Shown: positions 1 through 11,271, counted from the stretch's first letter. The stretch: 64,000 nucleotides of DNA from Phoronis australis (GCA_002633005.1 NMRA01000284.1:491518-555517); one strand, 5' to 3'. The notes: generated by a model not told the origin, from the letters alone. Made by a program: numbers and translations.

Positions 1-191
1 ACAACAATTTCATGTTTCTGTGGCATGTTTTTGAAAAAAATTGAAACTCCTGAAACGGAACAAAAAAGTGCATAATCAGAATGCATTTTTTGTCCCACAC
101 CATAACCAGTTGAACAGCCATGCAGGAAGCTGTGCACTGAAGCACCTGGAAGACACAAAAATCCAGCAGCTCGATTAGAGGTGGCGCCACG

Positions 192-326
192 TCATCCCAT
201 TCCACCATGTCGACCGCGTATCCGACGTGCCAACTGAATGTCCTTGACCATTAAGGTCACGCGTTTGGCGTGCAACGTACACAGATAAGCGTCCTCGAAT
301 AAATGTGTAAGAAAAGACTCAGCAGC
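192..326 (-). CDS. CENPA: CenH3 coding exon 4 ([44 protein letters not shown])
   Basis: Acceptor tttcatttcag; H3 alpha2/alpha3 motif [20 protein letters not shown]; stop at 194-192. Confidence 0.96.
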   Translation of the reverse strand, partial: AAESFLTHLFEDAYLCTLHAKRVTLMVKDIQLARRIRGRHGGMG

Positions 327-3300
327 CTGAAATGAAAGTAACAGGATTACTCAGTAGGGGTCGCATGCGTCTGAAACAAAAGTATGTATAGCAGTGTCAT
401 TACTTTGATGTCTTGTCAGGGCTCCTGATTCAGTAGTTGAAAAGTGTTTTAACCATGTCTTACATCAAAAATGAACTTTTGATTTATGACGAGCAGTTAG
501 AAAATTGGTTCCAACTTGTTCCTGAAATATTCACTGCTACTCGATCACTGCATATCACTCTGCTTGGCAGGCTAAGCACGAAAATAGAATTAGAGTGTCA
601 ACTCTCCTAGATTTGGTCTCACAGAGTCATCCTTACCAGTACCAACAAGAAATCGAACCCATCATCAACAGTGACATCTAAACATTGCTTGTGACTAAAC
701 TTGAAATAAAATGTTATCCTTGTAAGAATCGAGAGACATATTTTCAGAGAGGCCTAATTCGATTTTTATTCTTTAGCCAGCTACACAGGGCGAAATGCAG
801 CTTTATAGAGGAAGGAAACAATGTTTGGTGTTTCATTCACTGGAGATTTTTTTCCGTCCCTTGACATGTAGATAACATCCAGGCTACTATAGGAAGTGAC
901 GAAAAAGGCCTGCATCTTGGTTCAGCACTCATGTTTATTCGACAAACAGGAATGGCCCATAAGTTCCCCAAATCTACTGCGTATTTGTGGACTTGTGAAA
1001 ATGGCAGTTACCTTTAATGCTGTTTGATTTTCATTACTAAGTCAGTTTCGGTTTTGATACAAATCGAGAGTGAAATGATAGACAAGCATTACATCAGCGA
1101 GTGAAGAAAAACACAAATACGCAAAAAAATTTGGGATCTTAGTCGAGACCTTATTCGGGACAGTTTTAAACAACCGGGCACAGGGATTTAGAAAAGGAAA
1201 CGTCAAAAATAGTTGCTTTCCCCATAAGTCTGTGAGACCAGAATAGTGAGCTTTGCCAACCATTGGATTGCTTTGCAGCAAGTTCAACAACTTCATACAA
1301 TTGCTAAATTGACGAGAGCATTACCATTGCGACTTGAATTGGCCTGCCCGGAACTATTAAGAATATATTTGATGGTGTAATGTATGAGATCATGATGGTA
1401 AAAAAATATCTGTATCACATTTAATTTTGCTACCATAACTATCCAAACTCTGGCATCAGCAACTAAAGTATTTGGTTTCGCTTGAAACTTTTAATTATAA
1501 TCCGATGCTCTAAATTCTGTCCATTTTCTATTACAGCAAACAATGAGTGACCTTAACGCCCCTTACCTCCCCTAGCAGGTACTAACCTCCTGTAGCGCCA
1601 TGATGGCCAACGACTGCCAGTTAAGTTGATTTAGTCTACAGAACTGCATGGCTATGTCTCTAACCTACAGCGAACAAAACAACGTCACATAAAAGTTAAA
1701 GCTCCGGGATTTTCTTTACACACTGATATTAGGATCATTAGGATATGGATTATCAACTGTGACTAAATGGACATTGAAATAATATAAACTAACTGAACAG
1801 CATCGGCAGACGAAACTTGCCCATGACTACACGAGTGTTTTACACTATAGAAAGTTCAAACTCGACAGGAAGTACAAAACTCATGCGTCTGCTTGAAAGT
1901 CCATGTCGACACTGAAGGGAAATTATGAGTTAAGCCTAGGTATACATGCACTGAACTGCTGACAAAAGTACAAAATGTCTTAATTTGTTTCAGAAATAAC
2001 TAATCGCCCAAAAGTTAAAGGTTTTTCAAAGTTGACACAAGTAAGCCAACCTTGTGTCAATAGAGGGAATTGTTGCATCAAAGCAGGTGATTGGGACGTC
2101 TCCTGGAATTTACGGTACATACCACACGGGCAAACGGTAGTTTCCTGATTAAAAGATCGGTGGACATTTGATATTTCCTAATCTCCTGCAGAGCTCTGAC
2201 ACCAGGCCTAAACTTTCTCTTTCCTGCAAACAGACACAATTCATATACTGGTACACATGTACTTCACAGACTATGATTCTAATTCTTAACATCTTAAAAC
2301 ATTTACAGTAAGAAAATCCGAAGAATGTCACGAGTAGAGTGCTCGTTATTTTGGCTTCAGATGTGAACAAGGTCAGGATTTGTCTCTGTGAAAGAAGAAC
2401 GGTACCCTTGAAAAATCGTTGTAGCATACTACGACAGACTGAGGTCTAATTTAGTCCTGGTAAGTGCCAATTTCAACAACTGTTTTCAATACACTGTAGA
2501 AGAGGCTAACAATACGATGTCCTCACCAACCACTCACGACGACCGTAAATTCTCTTAGACACAAAATTGATTAGGTTTCATTCCGTAGACACAAAAAGCT
2601 TGCGAAAAACCAATTTACGCAGCACTTTTGGATACCTATCGCCACACATGATGAAGGGAAGCATGCAATCACACTAGCTTCCTTGGCCATGGCCAGTTTT
2701 CACATTTGAAAGTGTACCTCATTATTGCTGAGTCAATTCAGCGAAGCAAATTACAGCTGTGTGCTAAACCAAGCAGTGGGTGCTTAGCTGAATAGGGCCT
2801 GTTAAGTACAGGGGGAATGGTCAGCCGGACAAGCAGAGGTACAGGGGGAATGGTNACAAGCAGCAGTACAGGGGGAATGGTCAGCCGGACAAGCAGCGGT
2901 ACAGGGAGAATGGTCAGCCGGACAAGCAGCGGTACAGGGGGAATGGTCAGCCGGACAAGCAGCGAACAATAATAAAGGGTGCACATTTACAAAACGTTTT
3001 GGGTATTCACGCACATCCGACACGTTAGGGTTTTCAGTTGAGGAGAATTGTGTTGACTCATTTTTTCCATACATGGCACGTTTCAATGCCAATGAAGCAA
3101 ATGTTAGGGGTCACGTGACAATTTGTGACTGACCCATTGGTATGTCATGTGCATATTCAGTGCCTAGGGAGCAGAATTCCACACTAAGTCAAGTATTTAT
3201 CAGAGGCTTTCATTTTGTGCAAAACAAGATATTGAATACATAAACAACATTTGACAAGATTTTTGCTCGTGAAATTTGTCCTACAGGATCCTCGTGCATC

Positions 3301-5620
3301 AATACGTCAATCAACCTATGTCTAACGGAAGTTTTTTGACAGAACTTTTTCAATCATTCCTAGAAATGAAATTTGTTTGCACTTTGGTTTCTCTACGTAA
3401 CTTTGTATATATTGGCTTTTTATTGGTAATAGTTGTATCCAAGTCCTGATTAGAGAACCAGTTACTCCCACTGAATAACGCCCATTATTCAGTGGTAGAA
3501 ATTGGCCCGCGATTGTAAAGTTGCTTGCTTTTTTACCCACATCGGCGCAAAGCTGTATAATTAGTATACAGCTTTGTACCAAGGCTAAGTTGCAGGTAGC
3601 TAACTAGGCAAAACCACAGGCGTCCTCAGCTTCTTTTCGTCCCCAATACACTATATGATACTACAAGGTATGACACTCCAGACTAGAAATTCCACAGGTG
3701 CTTCACTTCAGCTGTCCATAGCAAACATAAAACTCAATAAATTTTCACAAAACAGGTTCAACAAACCATGAGAAACTGTTCTTTCTCCCAATACAATTTA
3801 CGGTGTCTTGTTCCACCGAGTTTGTAAGAAATTCGTGGTTAAAGCACAAAAATCTTCCCAAAAAGCCTGTGTGAAGCAACTCCTGTGTCCCATGCAAGTC
3901 GGTTCAAGGTCAAGGACGTTAGGGAATTATCCGATGAGTTACGGATGAACGGCAATTGCTGATTTGTCATGGAAGTTTATATGAAATGGTCTGGCTAAGT
4001 GTGGAGTTATCGAAGTCGTGATATTCCGTGACAAATCGGCAATTTCGGTGGAACACAATGAAAAGTATGTCGCCGTTTTGAAAACAGTACGCCCATGTCA
4101 CGTGCACCCGCCATTTCCAAAATTTTTGCGACATCTCTCGGGAGATGATGATAGCTTGGCAGCAGCAAAATTTCATCTGAAATTCGGTTTTTCGGTACCA
4201 AAATTTTAAAAACTTATAATGAAAAGAAGCCAGTTTTGATAATTTGTTGTGAGGTGTACACAACCTTGTGAAAGAAGAACAGTTGATTGAAGAATTGGCA
4301 AAAAAGAAACTGGCCAATAGGCGACGCAATATTTCATGGCACCGAAAGCCGTCGCTAAAGATCGCTCCACAACTTTAGCAACAGAATAACGGTAGAACAC
4401 TAGTTTTTCCAACACCGTTAAATAATTTGGTAATTGTTTACAATATGACGACATTGACTTACACACATGGTTTCGGCATCGTTCAATTCCTTGCAACGTT
4501 ATCTTTCAAAAATACATAGAAATTTTTCCTACCCCGTTCCCTAAAGTTTTTTATTGTGAAATTTCTGGTCGCACTATTTCCCGGTATGCTGAATGGAAGG
4601 AGCCACCTGGCGGTCAAAAACTGAACTAATCAACAGACTTCTGCAGATCGTCGCTTTTCATAAGGTCGAATTGACCAGGACCCGTCTATCCCCTGCCCGA
4701 ATTATGTTCCCAAGGGTTAGAATGCGATCCAGTGGTGACCCTTGTACGCATGTAGCTACTGGCAAGAATCCGCAAAAAAGCGGAGGTTGTTTTTGAGGTC
4801 GACATCGTTGAAAAGGGTATCACGTCAAACAATTTTGTGGAAAAATGGTTTGAATGGTCACAATTACAAAAACATTAGAAAAGGTGAAATGCTGCTACTT
4901 GTTCCTCCATATTATGTCAGGAAAACTTTAGCGGGAATCTCGCGGGCGATGATACTGTTTCATTCATTAACAATGGGTGTCGCTGTAATCTTGAGTTGAG
5001 CTAACATGGTGGTGTTAACCAGAAAATAGTGCGAACCTAAATTAAGCGATAAAATACGGAGAAAATGAGGTAGGGGATACATTCATATATTTTGGAAAGA
5101 TAACGTTGCAACGTACATATCGAATGATACCAAAATCATGTGTGTAGGTCAATGTCGTCAATATTTAAAACAATTACCAATAATTCAATTCACTCAAGGA
5201 AGAATGCAGTTTTTAATGACAATTATTTTGTGTCACATTTCATCTTGCCACTTTTTTACCCATATCGGTGCAAAGGTATTTGTATATTTAGATTTTAGTA
5301 CACAAGTCACAGGACGCCTGTGCCTGCGACTGCTTGTATGTGGAAGCGATGCGCGTTGTAGTATTGCTGCAGCAGTTTATTAAAAATTAGTAGCTGTGAC
5401 CAATGAATCAACCTACGAGAAAAAGGACTGGCGATTAACGGCATGATTACGTACCCCGCCTTAACTCCTCGGTAGGCTTGGGTTGTTTGCCTCCCGCCAC
5501 TCTGTATCGATTTGGAGACTTTTTGGAAGAGGAGGTTGACGATTTGCTCGGCGACTTTCCATCATATCGCGATGGGGTCTTGCCTTTCCGCCGATCCGCA
5601 TGGCTCACAGGCTTAACCAT
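192..5620 (-). CDS. CENPA: Centromeric histone H3 variant (CENP-A/CenH3), spliced CDS join(5620-5455,2223-2123,1664-1587,326-192), 159 aa
   Basis: The four exons have GT-AG boundaries and compatible phases (1,0,0); 166+101+78+135=480 nt, open to TGA. Translation: [159 protein letters not shown]. This is an H3 histone fold with CenH3 diagnostics: divergent N-tail, PFQR->PFAR, loop 1 two residues longer than H3, RFQ->NWQ, FEDTNL->FEDAYL. Confidence 0.95.
1587..1664 (-). CDS. CENPA: CenH3 coding exon 3 ([26 protein letters not shown]; loop 1/CATD)
   Basis: Acceptor ctgtag, donor GAG|gttagt, 78 nt, phase 0-0. Confidence 0.93.
2123..2223 (-). CDS. CENPA: CenH3 coding exon 2 ([33 protein letters not shown])
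   Basis: Acceptor tttgcag and donor GTG|gtatgt; matches the H3 alphaN/alpha1 segment [26 protein letters not shown]. Confidence 0.95.
2806..2964. repeat. 33-bp minisatellite (~5 units) in CenH3 intron 1
   Basis: Unit GTACAGGGGGAATGGTCAGCCGGACAAGCAGCG repeats head-to-tail; an N at 2855 means the true copy number is uncertain. Confidence 0.9.
4425..5185. repeat. Long imperfect inverted repeat (foldback/MITE-like) in CenH3 intron 1
   Basis: ~4425-4590 is the diverged reverse complement of ~5015-5185 (e.g. tggtaattgttt...gacgacattgac...ttgcaacgttatcttt), with a spacer of about 430 bp. Confidence 0.75.
5455..5620 (-). CDS. CENPA: CenH3 coding exon 1 (basic, Ser/Pro-rich N-terminal tail)
   Basis: ATG at 5620-5618, then 55 codons plus 1 nt, donor G|GTACGT. 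Phase 1 joins exon 2 as G|GA (Gly) in frame. Confidence 0.85.
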
Positions 5621-5639
5621 GATTTATCACAGCATTTCT

Positions 5640-5770
5640 TCAGGGTCAAACTTCACACCAGACGCCAGTATTCGAACAAAATTTCAATTTTGATGACGAC
5701 GGAAACAGATGAAACTCCCGCAAAACCGACGCCGAACATCTATGAGATCTCGCATTTGATTGGCTAGCTA
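5640..5770 (-). promoter_or_regulatory. Putative CenH3 proximal promoter (NF-Y CCAAT, E2F-like and CHR-like motifs)
   Basis: On the minus strand: AGCCAATCA at 5765-5757, TTTTGCGGGAG at 5725-5715 and TTCGAA at 5676-5671, all within 150 nt upstream of the ATG. Confidence 0.45.
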
Positions 5771-5788
5771 CACACGTTGCCGGGCGTG

Positions 5789-5928
5789 CGTTCAGTAGAC
5801 GCTAGGACCTACGCTAGGACTAGCTAAAACCTAGTCAAAGTCACGTGTTTCTATTTAAAATACATGGCAATATCTCACGCAATCTCGCGAAGTCTTGCTT
5901 TTTAGCGAGGTCCTGGCGTTATTGAACG
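5789..5928. mobile_element. Short MITE upstream of CenH3; related copy at ~47670-47800
   Basis: Terminal inverted repeats cgttcagtagacgctaggacct / aggtcctggcgttattgaacg. The internal atctcgcg...tagcgag..ttattgaac is shared with 47740-47800. Confidence 0.6.
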
Positions 5929-6230
5929 GGAGGCTGGTTCCAAGGACAGGGAACCACCTGATGCTGGCGCTCCCAGTGGAGGGCACAAGAACTCGTAAAT
6001 CGAGTTAACTGATTTAGCCCATTAGGCATTACGGACGTTACTTAATTAAAGAGCGTCAGACGAGTCACAGATAGCAAAGCGTTCAAGCAATTTTAAACCT
6101 CAGTCGTTCGTATTGCAAACGGTACTGCATGCGTTCACCCCATAGACCGGCTCGAATTTTTCAGTATCATATACCTTCATTTAAAAAACAAACGGGTACT
6201 CATGAAAAAAGGATTACGTTCAGACTTCTG

Positions 6231-7042
6231 CAGTGGCGGATCTAGGATATCACAACGGGGGGCAACATTTTGTCCGGCTGTAAGCATTTGCGCAAACCAC
6301 GATTGTAGATGCGTTTAGCAAAGAATGGGGATTTTTCATTTTTTTCCTCTAAAAATCAAGCATTTTCCTTGATTCCTGAAGTATTATACAAGTAAAAAGC
6401 ATAAAAAAAAGAAAAAAAAACAACAACAAAAACACGCAGTACGTGTCAGACAGGAAAAACTGCGTGTTCCACAAACTCGAACTCACGACCTAGCGGATAG
6501 AACGCGCGTGCTTTACCACTACACCACCACGATTTAACAGCTAATATTATTCTAAGAAACCTACTTGTTTACGGTCCACAGCGTTTGCGCGCGAAACCTA
6601 CTTCTTTTTGTAAAGCGTATTACACGTTTTATATTTTGTGCAATCGGTTCTTAACAAATTTGTTGTATTTAAAATAGACTTCAAATGCCCAAAAGACCAA
6701 ATCCGTTTTTCGTGTTGGCAATAGTGACGGGATTGCTTTGGAAATCGTCTTCACGGTTAAGGTTTGACAAAGAGAGAATTATGAGTTTCTGAGTGATTCA
6801 CTAAGGCTTCGATTAAAATTCACATCTTACCAGCAGCTTCTGTTTTTTCATCGTCACTCAGGTTCCATTTTCTTTAAAAAATGAAGTAAATTTTCTGCAT
6901 TGCACAGTGGAGCAGACGACGGAAACGGAGTCGTAGTGCGCAGCGCCACTGCCGGTCGCCTGGGATATCGCGGCAGAGCCTATACTTAGTCATAGTTCCG
7001 TTACGAATGCGCCGTGTTCCGAATTTGACACTTGAAATTGGA
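6231..7042 (+). mobile_element. Non-autonomous hAT-like element (CAGTGGCGGATC terminus) with internal tRNA-derived cassette; copy 1
   Basis: Starts cagtggcggatctag; close reverse complement of 34832-35628 over about 800 bp. Confidence 0.8.
6460..6530 (-). pseudogene. tRNA-derived Pol III cassette (A box/B box) inside a DNA-transposon-like element
   Basis: Minus strand GTGGTGGTGTAGTGGTAAAGCACGCGCG...GGTCGTGAGTTCGAG, then a T-run; no complete cloverleaf. Confidence 0.6.
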
Positions 7043-7379
7043 ATCCTGGCAGTAGGAGGTGGGAATGATGCCGGGGGGAAACCTAGGAGGTGGGCATGCT
7101 GCGCACAATGCTGCTAAGACACATGAGCCCGTGATCAATTACACACTTCGTATTAGAAATTTGTAGGCTATAGACCTAAGCTGTGCTCTAGGCAGGGTAA
7201 CTGATTTTTACTGTGATAAACGTATCGGGCATTACGCGATAGATCCGACGCAATTCCGTACATGTGCAAAAATGTCCAAAATAAAAATCACAGATACGAG
7301 GTGGCGTTTACATGATTTGTTTCCATGAAGTAAAAATCATGTCGATAATGACCTCTAATTCTCAAAGTAAAAAATTCAA

Positions 7380-7615
7380 TTCCTTCTGGTAAAAACCCTA
7401 TTCACCCCTACGCACTTCTCGCACCTCTACGCACCTCTATTTTCATGAAATTTGGCAAATAGTTCTGTTTTGCAGAGATGATGCCACCTTCTCAATGCAG
7501 ATGGGTTTGACTTGACATGCGGCATCTATAAACGGACGTACGTAAAATACTCATAGAAGCACACCGTTTGCGGGGCTATCGTGGGCGCATTTCAACGCTC
7601 CACATTGATGTTGTT
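7380..7615 (-). mobile_element. End of a dispersed repeat with terminal hairpin (Helentron/HINE-like); further copies at 18589-18623 and 26751-26784
   Basis: Shared motif gtgggcgcatttcaacgctccgcgttgctcttgtt; CAACGC-tcc-GCGTTG stem-loop intact in the other two copies, degenerate here. Confidence 0.55.
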
Positions 7616-9045
7616 GACATCTGTGCTTATATCTACTTAACCTCTTGCAAGTTCACAATTTGGCACGTGTAATTCTATTTTAAACTTGGCAACACTTGGA
7701 CTACTCCTCTGCTGTGCCTCCGAATGGAAATTTTTTTTTTTTCAAAAAGTGAGTTTCGCCTTTTTGTCATGATCTTTACAATCCTTTGCGGATCATTCAT
7801 TTAATTTTGCCGAACGGTGTTCTTAGAGAGGAGACGACTCCTTACTTTGGACAGGTTCAATGTATTCTGTGCCATTTATAGGCCATTTTACGATATTAAA
7901 ATCACTACTGGATTGCTGTAGTGGGTGCTTTCAACACCGTGTAGCTCATGTTTACGGGGAACAGGTTCAGTAAAACCACAGGTTTAAAGTATCGGTTCCA
8001 AGGCACCCAACAATGTCGAGCTGGGTTATAACCCAACAAAGAAACCATTGAAGTGCTTCATTGGAACTTTGATCCTCACATGACAGTGGCGGATCTACGT
8101 TTTCAGTAAGGGGGGGGGGGTTAGGATCCAGCAAAGGTCGAATCCGAGACGCGTGGCACCGAGCGGGGGTGGGGGGGTAAACCCCCCTCCCGTGTAAGAC
8201 AACTTCTTCTTTTTGTTTCGTGAAACCATATTTGTGCACATCTGAGTATGAGTCACAATACCAGCAAAAATTTTTGTTGGAACATCTGCTTACACACACC
8301 CTTTTAGCATACGAAAAAGTGTGGTGTGTATACAGGGGCTTAGACAACTACCAAATATTCAAGAGCATAAGGAGCACCGACGGGGCGAAACAACTTGAAT
8401 GTCAGATGATCGCAACAGCCTCAAGCTGGTTAAGAACGAAGACCTGTACTGTTAGTCCTGAAATAAACATGTGTTCTGTCTCGTTAGGAGAAAAACTGGC
8501 AAACGATGGTGCTCTCAGCTCATAGTCTATTATTAAAAGCGACAATAAATAATTAAGTATCACTTTATTAAGCTGAATCACGTTGACAACAATTGAAAAA
8601 CGTCAAATTTATCATGAAACAAATCATCTGAAAACAGTTTCACGAAACCAAAACATTCTTTACACCGTGGTGAAAAGATATACAGAACCAGTTCGCAGAG
8701 GGACCAGATGTACACTGAGAGTACACAAAAACTCTGGCCTGCCGTGGTCCGTCACGAGACCAAAAGTACACCTGTGCTTATTAAAATAGTCGATCTGTCG
8801 CGGGACCAAACAGTACTGGCTGAGATAAATAGTTTTACAAAGCACGCTTTGGTAAAAAACATCACAAGATTAGTTCGCCGAGGGACCAGATAGTACACTG
8901 AAACTCAATAGCTACACAAATAAAGCTGGCCTGGTCCGTCGCGAGGCCTAAAGCGTACTTTGCAAAAAAAAAATTGAATTGAAAACTTCTCTCTAGACAC
9001 TTTTTAATCCCCAGTGGTTGCTCATACGTGTTGTTTGCACATCTG

Positions 9046-9195
9046 GGCCCAGTTGCATAAAAGTTATACGCCGTATAGCAACAATGACGTCGCATTATCA
9101 CGCGTCACGTTGTTATTGTTGAACAATGCACCTGACGTCATGCAACAATCAAACTTATCCAGCGGATAACTTTTGAAGCTTTATGCAACTCAGCC
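9046..9195. mobile_element. PIF/Harbinger-type MITE nested in the hAT element
   Basis: TIRs ggcccagttgcataaa / tttatgcaactcagcc, with a 3-bp CTG duplication on both sides. Confidence 0.7.
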
Positions 9196-9489
9196 CTGGT
9201 GGTCAACTGTTGCGAGAGGTTGTCTAGAAGGGTTTTTGCACCGTTCTGTAGTACTCACTCGAAGAAACAAGTATTGAGTACAGATTTAACTACTCACTAC
9301 GTGAAATAGATTTTGGATATGAAGCAGATAGACTCAAGTGAAAATACAAACCAGAATCAGTTTCTGTGCGCTCGTAGACCCTCTGCTGTACTGGGTAAAT
9401 TTGGCATGTCCAAAAATAGTTTCTATTTCGTTTTCATTGTACACAAGCATAAAAAACGACATTATTACAAACTTGTACAATTATAACTT

Positions 9490-10442
9490 ATTACTGGGTG
9501 TTTCTCCAGGAACGTTGGTCCTATCTTTCTGTTGTCTAGACTGTCGAGGAATCTGTACATCGGATCCAATGGGTTGCTCCTCTTGGAACCATTCTACCCA
9601 GACATCTTCGACATTTGTTCCCAACACTTGCACTTCGTCAACTGCTGTGTCAATGAGCTTGTTTGCCTCTACAAAGTCAGCATCTCGTTTCGCAGCTCAG
9701 TTGGCACTAAGCCCCCTGAGGTTACCAAGTCCATTCAAAAGACTTACAGCATGCGCAACTAAATTTGGTCCGTTCATCATGGACTACTTCAAACCTTGAC
9801 GATGTATCCCAGGACCCATTTGCATCTCTTGCAATTTTCGAAATAAACGTCCCAATGTCTGAACGCTTGAAACCCGAAGTACTAACTTCAAATAAATGCC
9901 GATGGGCATGGGCGTTTCGTCGGGTGGGCCTTTCTGCGGAAATTCCCAGTATAGAAAACGGCAGTGGTGCTTATTGCAGGTAGAAAGACGGTAGGTGTTA
10001 AGATCGGCACTAGGGCTCCTCAGGAGGCCTATTGAACATCGCACGAGTCCCGCAAGACTTTGTTGTGAAAATACAGCCTCCCCGCAATTTTTGGTACTGT
10101 ACACTCACGGTTCGCGAATGGGGTCACTTTGTCAATGTGAGTGCCCCCTTGGTCATTCCTTGTATAAACCTAACTTGTTACAGTGCATCTTCAAACATAC
10201 TCGTGGCCAGACCACGGCGCCTGCCACAATAGCAATACTTCGGAAAACGAGTTCTTTTTCAAAAGTATTACATGTACATGTACACTGTGTGATATTGCGC
10301 AAGACAACTTTACTATACACCAGTCAAATTCGAGTTACAAACGTGTGGGGTGTAATAGGATGACACGGCATGACAGATGAGGTAAAAACGTTGCACGTCA
10401 ATTCGCCTGAATATCAGGGTTGCGGCACCACAGTATTTCCCC
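9490..10442 (-). pseudogene. Decayed hAT transposase
   Basis: Minus-strand peptides GKYCGAATLI (~10440), GSWDTSSRFE (~9800) and LRGLSAN*AAKRDADFVEANKLIDTAVDEVQVLGTNVEDVWVEWFQE...QIPRQSRQQKDRTNVPGETP resemble hAT motifs LSxxLQ...D.xxA and PR..xRQ..RxNVP..TP; stops and frameshifts present. Confidence 0.75.
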
Positions 10443-10908
10443 TAATCAAATCAAAACATATCTTAGAGTAAAGAAATTACTCGTTACCTAAAGAAATCAG
10501 CTATAGAGCTGCTCTTTCAGTGATGGATCCATCTAAAATTCTTGGCTACTACAGAAGTGTCGACGGAATCGCGCGTACAATTGATCTCCAGGGTTTTGCC
10601 GATGAGCCACGAAGACTCGAAATGCGTTGATTTTCATAACAGCAAATGCAAAAAAATATTTTCAGAGTGAACCCCCCCTCTTTTTTTCCAAGTTGGTTTA
10701 CTTGGGGTTACACACGCTGGCGGTGCCGTTTTTGTTTTGCTGGAGACGTTTTTGTTCTTCAAATTTTTAATTTTTGGGTCCTGTTCCGAGGGGGGGTTTA
10801 AACCCCCTGAACCTCCCCGTAGATCCGCCACTGCATGGGTTTCAATGATAGCACACAGCTGTAGAGAGAATGAAAGCATATATTCTTGGAGGCTTTGTCA
10901 TAAATAAA

Positions 10909-11158
10909 ATGAGTAGAAAAAGGTCGGAAAACTTTTCTCCCGAGGAAAAAGTTTTCCTCACAGAACAGACAAAACTGATTACAGAGAGCAAGAAAAGTGA
11001 CGCCAAAACAAGTCAACGGAAGCAACAGGCTTCAGTGGAGGGACATTGGGTCTACACTGGCTGCACAATTCCCGCAATCAGAAAAACGCAACCATAAACA
11101 GTTTAAGGACTTTTGGAAACGCTCAAAAATGAAGTTCAAAAAAGACTCTACGGTGTAG
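10909..11158 (+). pseudogene. Myb/SANT-like (trihelix) gene remnant of a PIF/Harbinger transposon
   Basis: MSRKRSENFSPEEKVFL...ITESKKSDAKTSQRKQQA, a frameshift, then WRDIGSTLAAQFPQSEKRNHKQFKDFWKRSKMKFKK; fits the MSANTD/NAIF1-type pattern KRxxNFSxxE...ESKKxD...AW...QxKxxWK. Confidence 0.75.
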
Positions 11159-11228
11159 CAGCAGCAGCGGCAGCGGCAGCGGCAGCGGCAGCGGCAGCGG
11201 CAGCAGCAGCAGCAGCAGCGGCAGCAGG

Positions 11229-11259
<31 letters not shown>

Positions 11260-11271
11260 GCAGCGGCAGCA

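Larger units (their letters stand above)
8084..10833 (-). mobile_element. Defective hAT DNA transposon (P52rIPK/THAP12-like transposase remnant)
   Basis: Perfect 16-bp TIRs cagtggcggatctacg (8084) / cgtagatccgccactg (ends 10833); flanks catga/catgg; transposase remnant inside. Confidence 0.75.

Noticed and set aside
192-2223. Canonical replication-dependent histone H3
   Set aside because: It has introns, no ARTKQTARKS tail, CenH3-type substitutions, no 3' histone stem-loop and no neighbouring histone genes.
2806-2964. CRISPR-like array, or coding repeat (ORFs 2738-2986, 2802-3092)
   Set aside because: Head-to-tail units without unique spacers, in a eukaryotic intron; the ORFs are artefacts of a 33-bp unit.
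9338-9799. 153-aa plus-strand ORF
   Set aside because: Ser/Thr-rich antisense shadow of the minus-strand hAT transposase remnant.
6231-10833. One large hAT element from 6231 to 10833
   Set aside because: The TIR at 8084 matches 10833 better (16/16) and has similar flanks; the flank at 6231 (ttctg) does not match.
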